The notes beneath the pieces are model-generated. The model was not told the DNA's origin and searched no databases. It saw nothing but the letters and a program-made list of their open reading frames with translations. Both the position numbers and the translations under genes were made by a program. From positions 1 to 33,891 of the forward strand of contig CANETI010000001.1 of assembly GCA_947440715.1 (NCBI GenBank): DNA of 33,891 nt, written 5' to 3'. Source of the DNA: Planctomycetota bacterium (GTDB lineage: Bacteria; Planctomycetota; UBA11346). Of this stretch, positions 16,804 through 25,028 are shown in pieces (within the stretch, counting starts at the first letter, position 1; every line of letters starts with the position of its first letter).

Positions 16804-18141
16804 TCAGTTTCGTTCTGTCGTCAGTAAGGTCAGGAGGTCGTTTTCGGAAACTTGTCGGCGAAGTTGTTGCGGTGAAATCCAAGGGAACGGCCAGCCAGCG
16901 GAATTAGTGGAGCGTAATTGAGATAGGTATGGAGTACCATTTGAACAATCGATGCGGGCTTCTAAACGATGCCAACCTGCTCCACTGTTTTCGACGGCAA
17001 TAATATCGGCGCGTAATTGATAAGAACCACTCGTGAGGTAGGCTCCTGCTTCACGAGTTTGTGCACGATTAAGTGCGCGCACCAGCCAGGCGGGATTTGG
17101 AGTAAAGGTGGCTGGTCGAGCTGCCAAAATAGCATTGGCAATTTCGCTACTGACTAAGTTGCGTAAAATAGTTTCAGGAACTGACCAAGCATCAATTAAT
17201 CCGAGTCGACCCTCCGCGCCTTTAAAATTATTCCAGACCACCAGTATTTCATCATCGCTCAGTGTCAGTGCGTTGACAAAATCTAAACGATTTGCAAAAG
17301 GCGCACCATTACGCATTTGTTCCGTCAGTATATTGCCTCGCTCTTCACCAAATAATCCAATCAAACGAGCCTGTGGTTGCCGCATTCTGCGTGGATCGCT
17401 GACAATCTCGATACGCTCTTCACCGTCAATATTCGTAGCGGGTTCGCGATTATCGACGCTCATCAAATCGCGCAGGCCCAAGGTAAGTTGCCCATTTCCA
17501 TCGCGATCTTCGCCTGGATCCAGCCGCCCATTATGGTTGGCGTCTTCTCCGAAAAATAAATTATCCGTTACACCACGTACTAAACGCAATTCATCCACCG
17601 TTTGAAATGGACCATTGCGTGGTGCATAAGGCACGGGCGCACCTTGATAGGCGGCATCCGGGGCTTCAGCGCCAATATCATTATAGACTTCTTCGTCCAC
17701 ATCGCGCCAATCCATAATGGCAGCGGCAACCTCGTCGGTCATGCCGGGAATGGCCATTAGGACAGGGAAGGCAGCATTCGAGGCGTCAATTTTTCCTGCT
17801 TCACGAATAAGATCATAGACCATTTTTTGGCCATAGGGATCGCGGCCTAATACCACTACCGCGCAGTTGCCAACGGTTTCGCCAGTCGATGTGACACTGA
17901 CTAACCCAGGTAAAACGCCAGCGGCTTGCGAACTGGCCAAATCATTAACGGCAGCGCGCATAACGCCGATGGCGGCTTGGCGACATTGTTGTTCGGCGAT
18001 GGCCGTATCTTGCACGCGCAACCGATGTTGCGCACCATCGGCCATGACCACGGCGATAATAGCAACCACTAATACCACCAGCAACGTAATTAAATACACG
18101 GTGCCTGCGCGCGATGGCGAATGCGTATAAGAGAAAGTCAT
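16804..18141 (-). CDS. gspK: T2SS minor pseudopilin GspK
   Basis: 445 aa with an N-terminal hydrophobic helix (YLITLLVVLVVAIIAVV), an Asp-rich Ca-binding-like stretch DANHNGRLDPGEDRDGNG and PFQTVDELRLVRGVT. It sits in the canonical position after gspJ. Confidence 0.8.
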   Translation of the reverse strand: MTFSYTHSPSRAGTVYLITLLVVLVVAIIAVVMADGAQHRLRVQDTAIAEQQCRQAAIGVMRAAVNDLASSQAAGVLPGLVSVTSTGETVGNCAVVVLGRDPYGQKMVYDLIREAGKIDASNAAFPVLMAIPGMTDEVAAAIMDWRDVDEEVYNDIGAEAPDAAYQGAPVPYAPRNGPFQTVDELRLVRGVTDNLFFGEDANHNGRLDPGEDRDGNGQLTLGLRDLMSVDNREPATNIDGEERIEIVSDPRRMRQPQARLIGLFGEERGNILTEQMRNGAPFANRLDFVNALTLSDDEILVVWNNFKGAEGRLGLIDAWSVPETILRNLVSSEIANAILAARPATFTPNPAWLVRALNRAQTREAGAYLTSGSYQLRADIIAVENSGAGWHRLEARIDCSNGTPYLSQLRSTNSAGWPFPWISPQQLRRQVSENDLLTLLTTERN

Positions 18142-18812
18142 ATAACTGGTTCCACCGCAACGGGAATCAACGCCGATTGCGGTAAATCAATAATGATAAC
18201 ATGGCTGGGTCCAGGCGTGCCGTCAGCTAAGCGATAGGCATAGGTGATGCGTAAAGCGCGAGGGAAATAACTATTAAGAAAACTATCAAATGACGCATAC
18301 CAACTGCCGCCGTCGCGCGCTTCTATGCGAAGTTGGGCTAAATTACCGAGCATGACTTCGTCGTAGGTGGTTGGTGTCAAATTGGTGGACAGTACATTGG
18401 CATCGCTTTGTCGTACCCATTCTAAGGCACCGGTCGTGATATTTTCACGCACGCTCCAAGTAATTAAATGTTGTCCGGCATCTGCTGCGCGTTTAGCAAT
18501 ATGCGGAGCAATAACGGGCGCGGCGTCGCGAAAAACGATCAGTGTACTGCCCTCACGACTATTTAGATTCGTGCTTTCCAGTGATAATTGCGCGCCGCCC
18601 ACTTCGGCAATTTGTGGTGCGGCTTGAACATCATCAGTAAATATGGTGAAAGCCACGTGTTGCATCGCGAGTGGTTCAAGTACCGCGTGCGCCTGGCGTT
18701 CAGCGCGTAATGCGCCGACTAAGGCTGGCGATACGGCGGCCATGACTAACGCCATCACCAACAACGATAAAATAACTTCGAGTAATGAAAATCCGTGACG
18801 AGCAGCCATCAT
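18138..18812 (-). CDS. gspJ: T2SS minor pseudopilin, GspJ-like
   Basis: The track ORF was trimmed to MMAARHGFSLLEVILSLLV (prepilin G-F-x-L-L-E motif). The ATG overlaps the gspI stop (ATGA). The upstream extension of the track ORF lies inside gspI. Confidence 0.7.
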   Translation of the reverse strand: MMAARHGFSLLEVILSLLVMALVMAAVSPALVGALRAERQAHAVLEPLAMQHVAFTIFTDDVQAAPQIAEVGGAQLSLESTNLNSREGSTLIVFRDAAPVIAPHIAKRAADAGQHLITWSVRENITTGALEWVRQSDANVLSTNLTPTTYDEVMLGNLAQLRIEARDGGSWYASFDSFLNSYFPRALRITYAYRLADGTPGPSHVIIIDLPQSALIPVAVEPVI

Positions 18813-19225
18813 AGCGTGCTCGTTGTTATCGGCGTGACGATGGTTTCTAGTGTGACTCGTTGCGGATCGAGTGGATTGCCCCACAGCACGCTTACGCGCA
18901 AGGTTGATAAATACGGATCGCGCCACGGGGTAATGACGACTTCCCAACGAAAATCGACGGCGTCTTCTCCGTCTGTAACGGCATCGCAATTGCCGCTTTT
19001 TCCACTGCCGCTCCAGGAACTTTCAGCCACCATCAGCGCCAAACGACTTTGCGCCACGCGTAAGGCCACATCTTGATTGCGTACTTGGCTAACGCCTCGC
19101 AGCGATGCGCTGATGCCTGCTAAAGCGACGGGTAATACCAACGCTAAAATCATGATGGAAATAAGGACTTCAATTAAAGTGAAGCCGTAGTGAGGCTGTT
19201 TGAAATAGCGCTGGGCGTGGGTCAT
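18809..19225 (-). CDS. gspI: T2SS minor pseudopilin, GspI-like
   Basis: 138 aa with the prepilin motif GFTLIEVLISIMILALV. Size and position are typical of GspI. Confidence 0.75.
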   Translation of the reverse strand: MTHAQRYFKQPHYGFTLIEVLISIMILALVLPVALAGISASLRGVSQVRNQDVALRVAQSRLALMVAESSWSGSGKSGNCDAVTDGEDAVDFRWEVVITPWRDPYLSTLRVSVLWGNPLDPQRVTLETIVTPITTSTL

Positions 19226-19860
19226 TGGAGCATCGCTTCACTGCTCACGCGTAAGCGATCTTCCAAAGGGAAACTAGCGCTGACGGTTGGCAATTGGGCG
19301 CCACCATAAATGCGCACCATGGCAAAGCGATTTTTCGACGCGATGGTAAATAAGCCAGGCAAGTCGCAGCGGCGATCTGGGTAAAATAAGACATCAATAT
19401 AATTACTAGTGTTGACTAGGCTCTTGGCACCATCGGCTTGTTCAAATAAGAGCGACACCTGATCAGCGCCAACTTTCAGCGAAGTCATCGGGGTTTGTTT
19501 GGTGGTCGATAAACCCGTAATTGAATCCAGCGGTTCTATCAGCGTGGTTAATTCAACTAAATCAACGCGCAAACGCACGACTTGCGTTGAGGTGGTCGCT
19601 AATTGCTGACACTCCCGCGCTTGATCGCGTAAACGCTTGGCGGCTAAATCAACCGCTGCCGTATCGCGCAAACCACCCATGCGCGTCGCGACTAAAGCAG
19701 AACCAATGCCAATAATAACTAACACCAACAGTAATTCGAATAACGTAAATCCCTGATTGGCGTTATGGTTGGCGGTATTGCGTGACACCAACGACCACCG
19801 GCGCGCAAGCAAAGAGCTGCGCGTGCTGTGAAGCACCGTGGTGGTCGTTGGGACGGTCAT
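19222..19860 (-). CDS. gspH: T2SS minor pseudopilin, GspH-like (start uncertain, unusually long leader)
   Basis: 212 aa with the motif QGFTLFELLLVLVIIGIGS about 37 aa from the annotated Met. The ATG overlaps the gspG stop (19857-19860). Confidence 0.7.
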   Translation of the reverse strand: MTVPTTTTVLHSTRSSLLARRWSLVSRNTANHNANQGFTLFELLLVLVIIGIGSALVATRMGGLRDTAAVDLAAKRLRDQARECQQLATTSTQVVRLRVDLVELTTLIEPLDSITGLSTTKQTPMTSLKVGADQVSLLFEQADGAKSLVNTSNYIDVLFYPDRRCDLPGLFTIASKNRFAMVRIYGGAQLPTVSASFPLEDRLRVSSEAMLQ

Positions 19861-20312
19861 TTTTCAGCCCAATTGGTGATGTCGTCACCACCGCCTTCGC
19901 GCGTATCGGGGCCGTTCGACCATAAATCAAATCCCTCTTGGCGCTGCTGACCTGGGTAGCGATAATTCCACGCGCTTTCCCACTGATCTTTTGGAACGGA
20001 ACTGCCATCAAGGTAGGGACCCTGCCACGCTTTGGATTTATCGCCGCTGGGGCGTTCGACTAAAGCGCGTAAACCTTCGCTAGCGCTGGGAAATCGTCCC
20101 ATATCGATTTCAAAGCGATTTAATGCTAAATTGAAATTTTGCAGTTGAGTGCTGGCAGCCTTTATTTTTGCCGACTGACTTTGACCAACAAAACGCGAAC
20201 CAACGATGCCAGCCAGCACGGCGAGAATCACTAGAACGAGGAGGAGTTCGAGGATGGTGAAACCCGATCGGGAAGTCCGGAAGTCTCGTGGGCTGTTAAT
20301 TATACGGAACAT
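19857..20312 (-). CDS. gspG: T2SS major pseudopilin
   Basis: The track ORF was trimmed to MFRIINSPRDFRTSRSG|FTILELLLVLVILAVLAGIV. AGGA lies 6 nt upstream of the ATG at 20310-20312. The GspG signature GPYL...PKDQWESAWNYRYPG is present. The upstream extension of the track ORF is translated octamer repeat. Confidence 0.92.
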   Translation of the reverse strand: MFRIINSPRDFRTSRSGFTILELLLVLVILAVLAGIVGSRFVGQSQSAKIKAASTQLQNFNLALNRFEIDMGRFPSASEGLRALVERPSGDKSKAWQGPYLDGSSVPKDQWESAWNYRYPGQQRQEGFDLWSNGPDTREGGGDDITNWAEK

Positions 20313-20379
20313 GACAGATCCTTTATCGCATAAGAGAAGCAAAAGACTTCCGGACTTCCGGACTCCCGGACCTCCGGAC
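20266..20379 (-). promoter_or_regulatory. Octamer-array hairpin enclosing the gspG ribosome-binding site and start codon
   Basis: Plus-strand GGAAGTCCGGAAGTC (20271-20285, gspG codons 10-14) is the exact reverse complement of GACTTCCGGACTTCC (20345-20359). That 15-mer is the proximal part of a 35-nt array (20345-20379) in the gspF-gspG spacer. The SD and ATG lie in the 59-nt loop. Confidence 0.7.
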
Positions 20380-20397
20380 GGGGGCAATGATGAATAA

Positions 20398-21594
20398 TCA
20401 TTTAATCGCACTCCATAAATCAAAGATGGGTAATAACATGCCGATCACGATGCCGCCGACGAGGGTGGCCATGATGAGCAGCAGGATTGGTTCGGCTAAT
20501 GATACGAGTGTACGTAAGCGGCGATCTAAATCGCGTTCACTCGTGTCAGCTAAACGTAATAATTCTTGGGGTAGGCGTCCGCTGTTTTCAGCGACGGCTA
20601 ACGCTTCGAGCGCGGTAGGGGGTAACATGGCGCCCATGCCGGCAAGCGCATTGCTGAGCGTTTCGCCTTGGCGCACGCGTTCAATCGCCTCGAGCAAGGC
20701 GCTGGATAACGATGCATTGCCAATTGCTTCACGCGAAACCGATAAAGCGTGCATTAAAGGGACACCCGCTTTGAGTAGCGTTCCCAACATCCGGCAGAAA
20801 CGTACGCGTGCGAGAGTGGCTTTGACTTCGCCAATTCCGGGCAAACGCAATTGTACCCGTTCCCACCATGCGGCTCCTGCCGGATTGGCGAGTACGGCTT
20901 TGCCAGCAAAAAAAGCGATAACGAGGGCCAGTATAATAATCCAACCGTGGTGCACTAAGAGATTACTGGCCTGTTGAATGAGTTGAGTTAGCCAAGGTAA
21001 TTCGCGGTTGAATGAGGCAAACAACGTGGCGAAGCGTGGAATAAACCACACCAATAAAAAAGACACCACGCCACCGGCAATGATTAATAACAACGCGGGA
21101 TAGATCAGCGCTGCACCAACACGTCCAACCAATTCTTTGCTGCGTTCCAAATAATCAGCGACTTGTTCTAGGACTAATTCTAAAAATCCACCGGCTTCAC
21201 CAGCGCGCACCATGGCAATAAAGACCGGCGGAAATAATTTACCTTGCGCCGCCATGGCGTCGGCCAGTGAAGCGCCATCGCGCACACGGACATGAATTGC
21301 CGACCACGCGGCTTTGGCCGACGGGTGCTTTGATTCTCGTTCAATAACCGTCAAAGCACGCGATAACGGTACGCCTGCCGCAATGAGTCCGCCAAGCGAT
21401 CGCGCAAAGGCTAACACTTGTGCCGCTGGAATGCGTGTCCCTAACAAACCACCCGTACTAGCCGGTTTAACTTCGGTCGGCACCAAACCCTGCGCTTCAA
21501 TCGCCCGTTGAGCCGCAATAGGGTCATCCGCTTCGATACGTCCGCTGCGTGAATGTCCATCATTTGCCAACGCCACATATTCAAATGCAGGCAT
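20398..21594 (-). CDS. gspF: T2SS inner-membrane platform protein
   Basis: 398 aa with N-terminus MPAFEYVAL, two GspF-type repeats and three hydrophobic segments. Confidence 0.93.
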   Translation of the reverse strand: MPAFEYVALANDGHSRSGRIEADDPIAAQRAIEAQGLVPTEVKPASTGGLLGTRIPAAQVLAFARSLGGLIAAGVPLSRALTVIERESKHPSAKAAWSAIHVRVRDGASLADAMAAQGKLFPPVFIAMVRAGEAGGFLELVLEQVADYLERSKELVGRVGAALIYPALLLIIAGGVVSFLLVWFIPRFATLFASFNRELPWLTQLIQQASNLLVHHGWIIILALVIAFFAGKAVLANPAGAAWWERVQLRLPGIGEVKATLARVRFCRMLGTLLKAGVPLMHALSVSREAIGNASLSSALLEAIERVRQGETLSNALAGMGAMLPPTALEALAVAENSGRLPQELLRLADTSERDLDRRLRTLVSLAEPILLLIMATLVGGIVIGMLLPIFDLWSAIK

Positions 21595-21654
21595 GGGACC
21601 ACCGTTGCGTTGATTGGACGGGACTTATTTGATATAGGAAATAGGAATGAAAAA

Positions 21655-23358
21655 TCATTGTCCTATCGTTCCTGCATGCGTATTGCGTAAGACTTCAGCG
21701 AGTGAGGTGCGGCCTTCGCAGACTAAACGTAAGCCATCATCGCGCAGCGAAATGAGACCATCTTTTTGTGCCGTATCGCGTAGTTTTTGCGTTGATGCTC
21801 GTTCGCTGGCGGCATGCCGCAGGACGGGGCTCATCGGCATAGTTTCGACAATGGCACTGCGTCCACTGTAGCCAGTGCCGTTACATTGGCGGCAACCAAT
21901 AGGTCCAAAAATATCACCGCTATGGCCGTTGAGCACAGTGAGTGCGTCGTCACGTTGTGCGCCAGACAGTGGTTTTTTACAATGAGAACATAATAAACGT
22001 ACTAATCGTTGCGCGATGACGAGCTCTAAAGTCGAAGCTACCAAATAGGGCTCAATGCCCATATCGACTAAACGCGTCACCGCACCAGGGGCATCGTTGG
22101 TATGCAAGGTTGATAAAACTAAATGGCCAGTCAGTGACGCTTGTACGGCAATTTCAGCCGTTTCACGATCACGAATTTCGCCGATCAGAACGACGTCGGG
22201 GTCATGACGTAAGATGGCCCGTAATCCTTTAGCAAAGGTTAATCCCGTACGGGTATCGACTTGAATTTGGTTAATCCCGTCCAATTGGTATTCGACCGGG
22301 TCTTCGATGGTGACGATTTTTAAATCGGGTGTATTAATCCGCGTCAACCCAGCATACAGCGTGGTAGTTTTTCCGCTGCCCGTTGGTCCCGTAATTAACA
22401 CAATGCCATGTGGCAATTCTAAGGCCTTTTGAAAAATAGTGAGGTCACGGCCAACCATGCCGGTGCCGCCTAAACCAACTAATGCGGCTGAACGATCGAG
22501 TAAACGCAGCACTACGGCTTCGCCATGTAACATGGGAATGATACTGACACGCACATCGACATCGCGGCCAGATAAACGCAGTCGAATACGACCGTCCTGG
22601 GGCAAACGTTTTTCAGCAATATCAAGACTCGCAAGAATTTTTAGGCGTGAAACAATGGCAGCCTGCAAGCGTCGAACCTCGGCGGGTAATTTGGCTTCAA
22701 CTAATTCACCGTCGACGCGATAGCGAACCGCAAACCGCCCTTCAAAGGGTTCGAAGTGCACGTCCGTGGCGCGGCGTTCGAGGGCTTCCAGTAATACTTG
22801 ATTAACTAAGCGAATAATGCTGGCGTCTTCCGCCGCATCAGCGAGATCAACTTGTGATTGAGCCTCTTCGCCTTTGCTATCAATGAGGCTTTGCACGGTA
22901 TCAGCACCGACGCCTAAATGTTCACGCAGTGCGGTGTGTAATATTAATCGCGGGGCGACCACGATATCGGGCAATACTCCGCCACTGGCTACGCGGACAG
23001 CATCTAATGCTGCGGCATCAAATGGATCAACGACGGCAATTGATAACGTGGTTGGATCATCGGTTGGTAACGGCAAGGCGCGTGCCGCAGCCCATATGCG
23101 CAGCGGAATTTTCGCTAACCATTGAGGTTCGGGGATTAATTCAGTTGGTGCGGTGACAACGCGCAATCCAAGCAATGCACCAAAGGCAGCGGCGATTGCG
23201 CTATCGTCAGCGACATCAGCAAATGCTTCAATAATACTGGCGCCGTTGGTGATGCGATCGACCACCGTTAGGCGTTGTTGTGGCGATAACGCTAAATATT
23301 CACCAAGTGGTTCAATGACCGTTGGAATATTGCTTCGTGAAAAGGTTGGTGGCAGCAT
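21655..23358 (-). CDS. gspE: T2SS ATPase
   Basis: 567 aa with Walker A GPTGSGKTTT, Walker B VVLIGEIRD, His box LVLSTLHTNDA and the tetracysteine motif CSHC...CRQC. Confidence 0.95.
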   Translation of the reverse strand: MLPPTFSRSNIPTVIEPLGEYLALSPQQRLTVVDRITNGASIIEAFADVADDSAIAAAFGALLGLRVVTAPTELIPEPQWLAKIPLRIWAAARALPLPTDDPTTLSIAVVDPFDAAALDAVRVASGGVLPDIVVAPRLILHTALREHLGVGADTVQSLIDSKGEEAQSQVDLADAAEDASIIRLVNQVLLEALERRATDVHFEPFEGRFAVRYRVDGELVEAKLPAEVRRLQAAIVSRLKILASLDIAEKRLPQDGRIRLRLSGRDVDVRVSIIPMLHGEAVVLRLLDRSAALVGLGGTGMVGRDLTIFQKALELPHGIVLITGPTGSGKTTTLYAGLTRINTPDLKIVTIEDPVEYQLDGINQIQVDTRTGLTFAKGLRAILRHDPDVVLIGEIRDRETAEIAVQASLTGHLVLSTLHTNDAPGAVTRLVDMGIEPYLVASTLELVIAQRLVRLLCSHCKKPLSGAQRDDALTVLNGHSGDIFGPIGCRQCNGTGYSGRSAIVETMPMSPVLRHAASERASTQKLRDTAQKDGLISLRDDGLRLVCEGRTSLAEVLRNTHAGTIGQ

Positions 23359-23548
23359 GAATCAGAATTTCTTAGAGCTTACAGCAGATGAGCGGTAAGC
23401 AGATGAACAGGAGGCTAATGAGTAAAGACGACATGCAGACAAGAGAAGTATACGGTCGGCGGATCTCCTGTTGTTGTGCAAAGAGTTTGCCCACCTCAGG
23501 TGTATGGTTCGCGTGGTTGCCGTGACAAACTTCTAAACATCATCACCT

Positions 23549-23589
23549 AAAACTCATCGACGTGCATCATTATCTGCTGCGTCGATGAG
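23549..23589 (-). terminator. Rho-independent terminator downstream of the Spy/CpxP-like gene
   Basis: On the minus strand: CTCATCGACG, a 17-nt loop, CGTCGATGAG, then TTTT. The plus-strand arms are at 23553-23562 and 23580-23589, with the A-run at 23549-23552. Confidence 0.65.
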
Positions 23590-23617
23590 ATCTGATATCA
23601 GAGTCGTTTTTAGGTTG

Positions 23618-24343
23618 TTATTCCAGGGTGCCGCGCTCGACCATCATCGATTCTTGTTGCGGAGTCAGGACTGAGCGCAGTTCATTTTGGGCGTTTTTTA
23701 GTAAGGTGCTAAAGCTTTCTCGCGCTTTGCGTAATCGCGTTAATGCACTAACAATTTCAGTTTCGTTCGCTTGTTTATCTGCATTGAGTGTTTTTAGAGT
23801 TTTGGCTGCTTCTTGGATTTCTTTGACCGTTGGTTCGAGTTCGGTGTCGCCGAGTAACATTTGTGGATTGAAAAAAGATGAAGGACCACGATCGCCTCGA
23901 CCAAATGGAGAACCGCTGCGTCCACCAACATCAACCATGCCGCGTTGTGATTGTAAATTTTCTACACGTTCAATGAGTGGCTGAATGGCGGCGAATTCTT
24001 CAGGGCTCAATCCGAATTTTTTATTTAATTCAGCCATGCTGGAAGCTTTGCCTTCAGCAATGCGTTCGCGAATTCTTGGCGCTTCTTTTTCCATGCGCTT
24101 TGCCATCACTTCGCGCATTTTTTCTTGGCCTTCGGGCGAATTCATATCAACGCCCTTTAATTCAGGATTTTCTTCCTGCATGCGTTTAAAGAACTCTTCG
24201 CGTCCACCGCCACGACCTTGATCACCACCGCGATTACCTTCTTCGCTCTTTGGTTTGTCATTCTTTGGCGGCGTTTCTTCGGCACAGAGTGCGGTTGGAA
24301 TCACCAAGGCGGCAATTGCCATAATATGGGTCAATTTAAACAT
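23618..24343 (-). CDS. Secreted charged helical protein, possibly Spy/CpxP (LTXXQ) family
   Basis: 241 aa with a signal peptide (AIAALVIPTALCA), highly charged helical sequence and an LTPQQ (LTXXQ-type) motif near the C-terminus. The family call is tentative. Confidence 0.5.
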   Translation of the reverse strand: MFKLTHIMAIAALVIPTALCAEETPPKNDKPKSEEGNRGGDQGRGGGREEFFKRMQEENPELKGVDMNSPEGQEKMREVMAKRMEKEAPRIRERIAEGKASSMAELNKKFGLSPEEFAAIQPLIERVENLQSQRGMVDVGGRSGSPFGRGDRGPSSFFNPQMLLGDTELEPTVKEIQEAAKTLKTLNADKQANETEIVSALTRLRKARESFSTLLKNAQNELRSVLTPQQESMMVERGTLE

Positions 24344-24474
24344 GGTTTTCTCCTTAGGTAGGAAATGATCAGCGTCAGTGCTGACGATGTTCTATATGAG
24401 GAACCGACCCATTGATTGCGTCAGACCTGTCAGCGAATGGTCAGGTATTCCTCGGTGGGTGACGCCCTTTGACT

Positions 24475-24602
24475 GGTCCGACGTCTGATGTCCGAGGTCG
24501 AATCAGACAAGACCTCGCTCATGAGTCAGGGCGAAAGATCAAGGTGTGATGTCTGTTTTGGCCTGTCTTTGGCTTCGGACATTGGACGTCGGACGTCGGA
24601 CC
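24475..24602. repeat. Inverted GGACGTC-heptamer arms upstream of rpsU
   Basis: Left arm GGTCCGACGTCTGATGTCCGAGGTC (24475-24499). Right arm GGCTTCGGACATTGGACGTCGGACGTCGGACC (24571-24602). GGTCCGACGTC pairs with GACGTCGGACC, and ATGTCCGA pairs with TCGGACAT. An inner 7-bp hairpin has arms at 24493-24499 and 24511-24517. Confidence 0.75.
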
Positions 24603-24696
24603 TAGCGAAAGCACCGACCAGAAGAAAGAGCTAGGTCTTGCTTAACGTGGGTGGTCTATAGCCTCCCTCGCCCCTACTAAGGAGTTCTGGTTCTTT

Positions 24697-24909
24697 ATGA
24701 TTCGTGTAGAAGCCCGTTCTGGTGAGCCCCTCGAAAAGACCCTGCGTCGCTTCAAAAAGCGCTGCGAAAAAGAAGGTCTGACGAAAGACATCAAGAAGAA
24801 CATGTACTACGACAAGCCGAGCGAAATTGCGCGCCGTGAATCGCGCAAGCTCGAAAAGCGCTTGATGCAAGAAAAGCTCGAAGCCAAAGCCGCTCTGCGT
24901 CACCGCTAA
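24697..24909 (+). CDS. rpsU: 30S ribosomal protein S21
   Basis: 70 aa: MIRVEARSGEPLEKTLRRFKKRCEKEGL...YYDKPSEIARRE, typical of S21. AAGGAG lies upstream. Confidence 0.95.
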   Translation: MIRVEARSGEPLEKTLRRFKKRCEKEGLTKDIKKNMYYDKPSEIARRESRKLEKRLMQEKLEAKAALRHR

Positions 24910-24971
24910 GCGATCCGATGTGCTGACGCGAGTTGCTCAGGAAATGCCTGAGCGACCACGCTGTATTTTCT

Positions 24972-25006
24972 AACCCTCGCCTCATTAGGCGGGGGTTGTT
25001 GTTTTT
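24972..25006 (+). terminator. Rho-independent terminator after rpsU
   Basis: AACCCTCGCC (24972-24981), loop TCATTA, GGCGGGGGTT (24988-24997), then GTTGTTTTT. Confidence 0.75.
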
Positions 25007-25028
25007 ACTGGGATTGCAGCATGCAGAA

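Noticed and set aside
20313-20423. N-terminal extension of the gspG track ORF (MIYGVRLNDYSSLPPSGGPGVRKSG...)
   Set aside because: The extension reads through the octamer array and overlaps the gspF 3' end. The internal Met at 20312 has an AGGA SD and yields a canonical prepilin leader.
24933-25028. N-terminal extension of the birA track ORF
   Set aside because: It would run through the rpsU rho-independent terminator (24972-25006). The Met at 25029 lies just downstream of the terminator.
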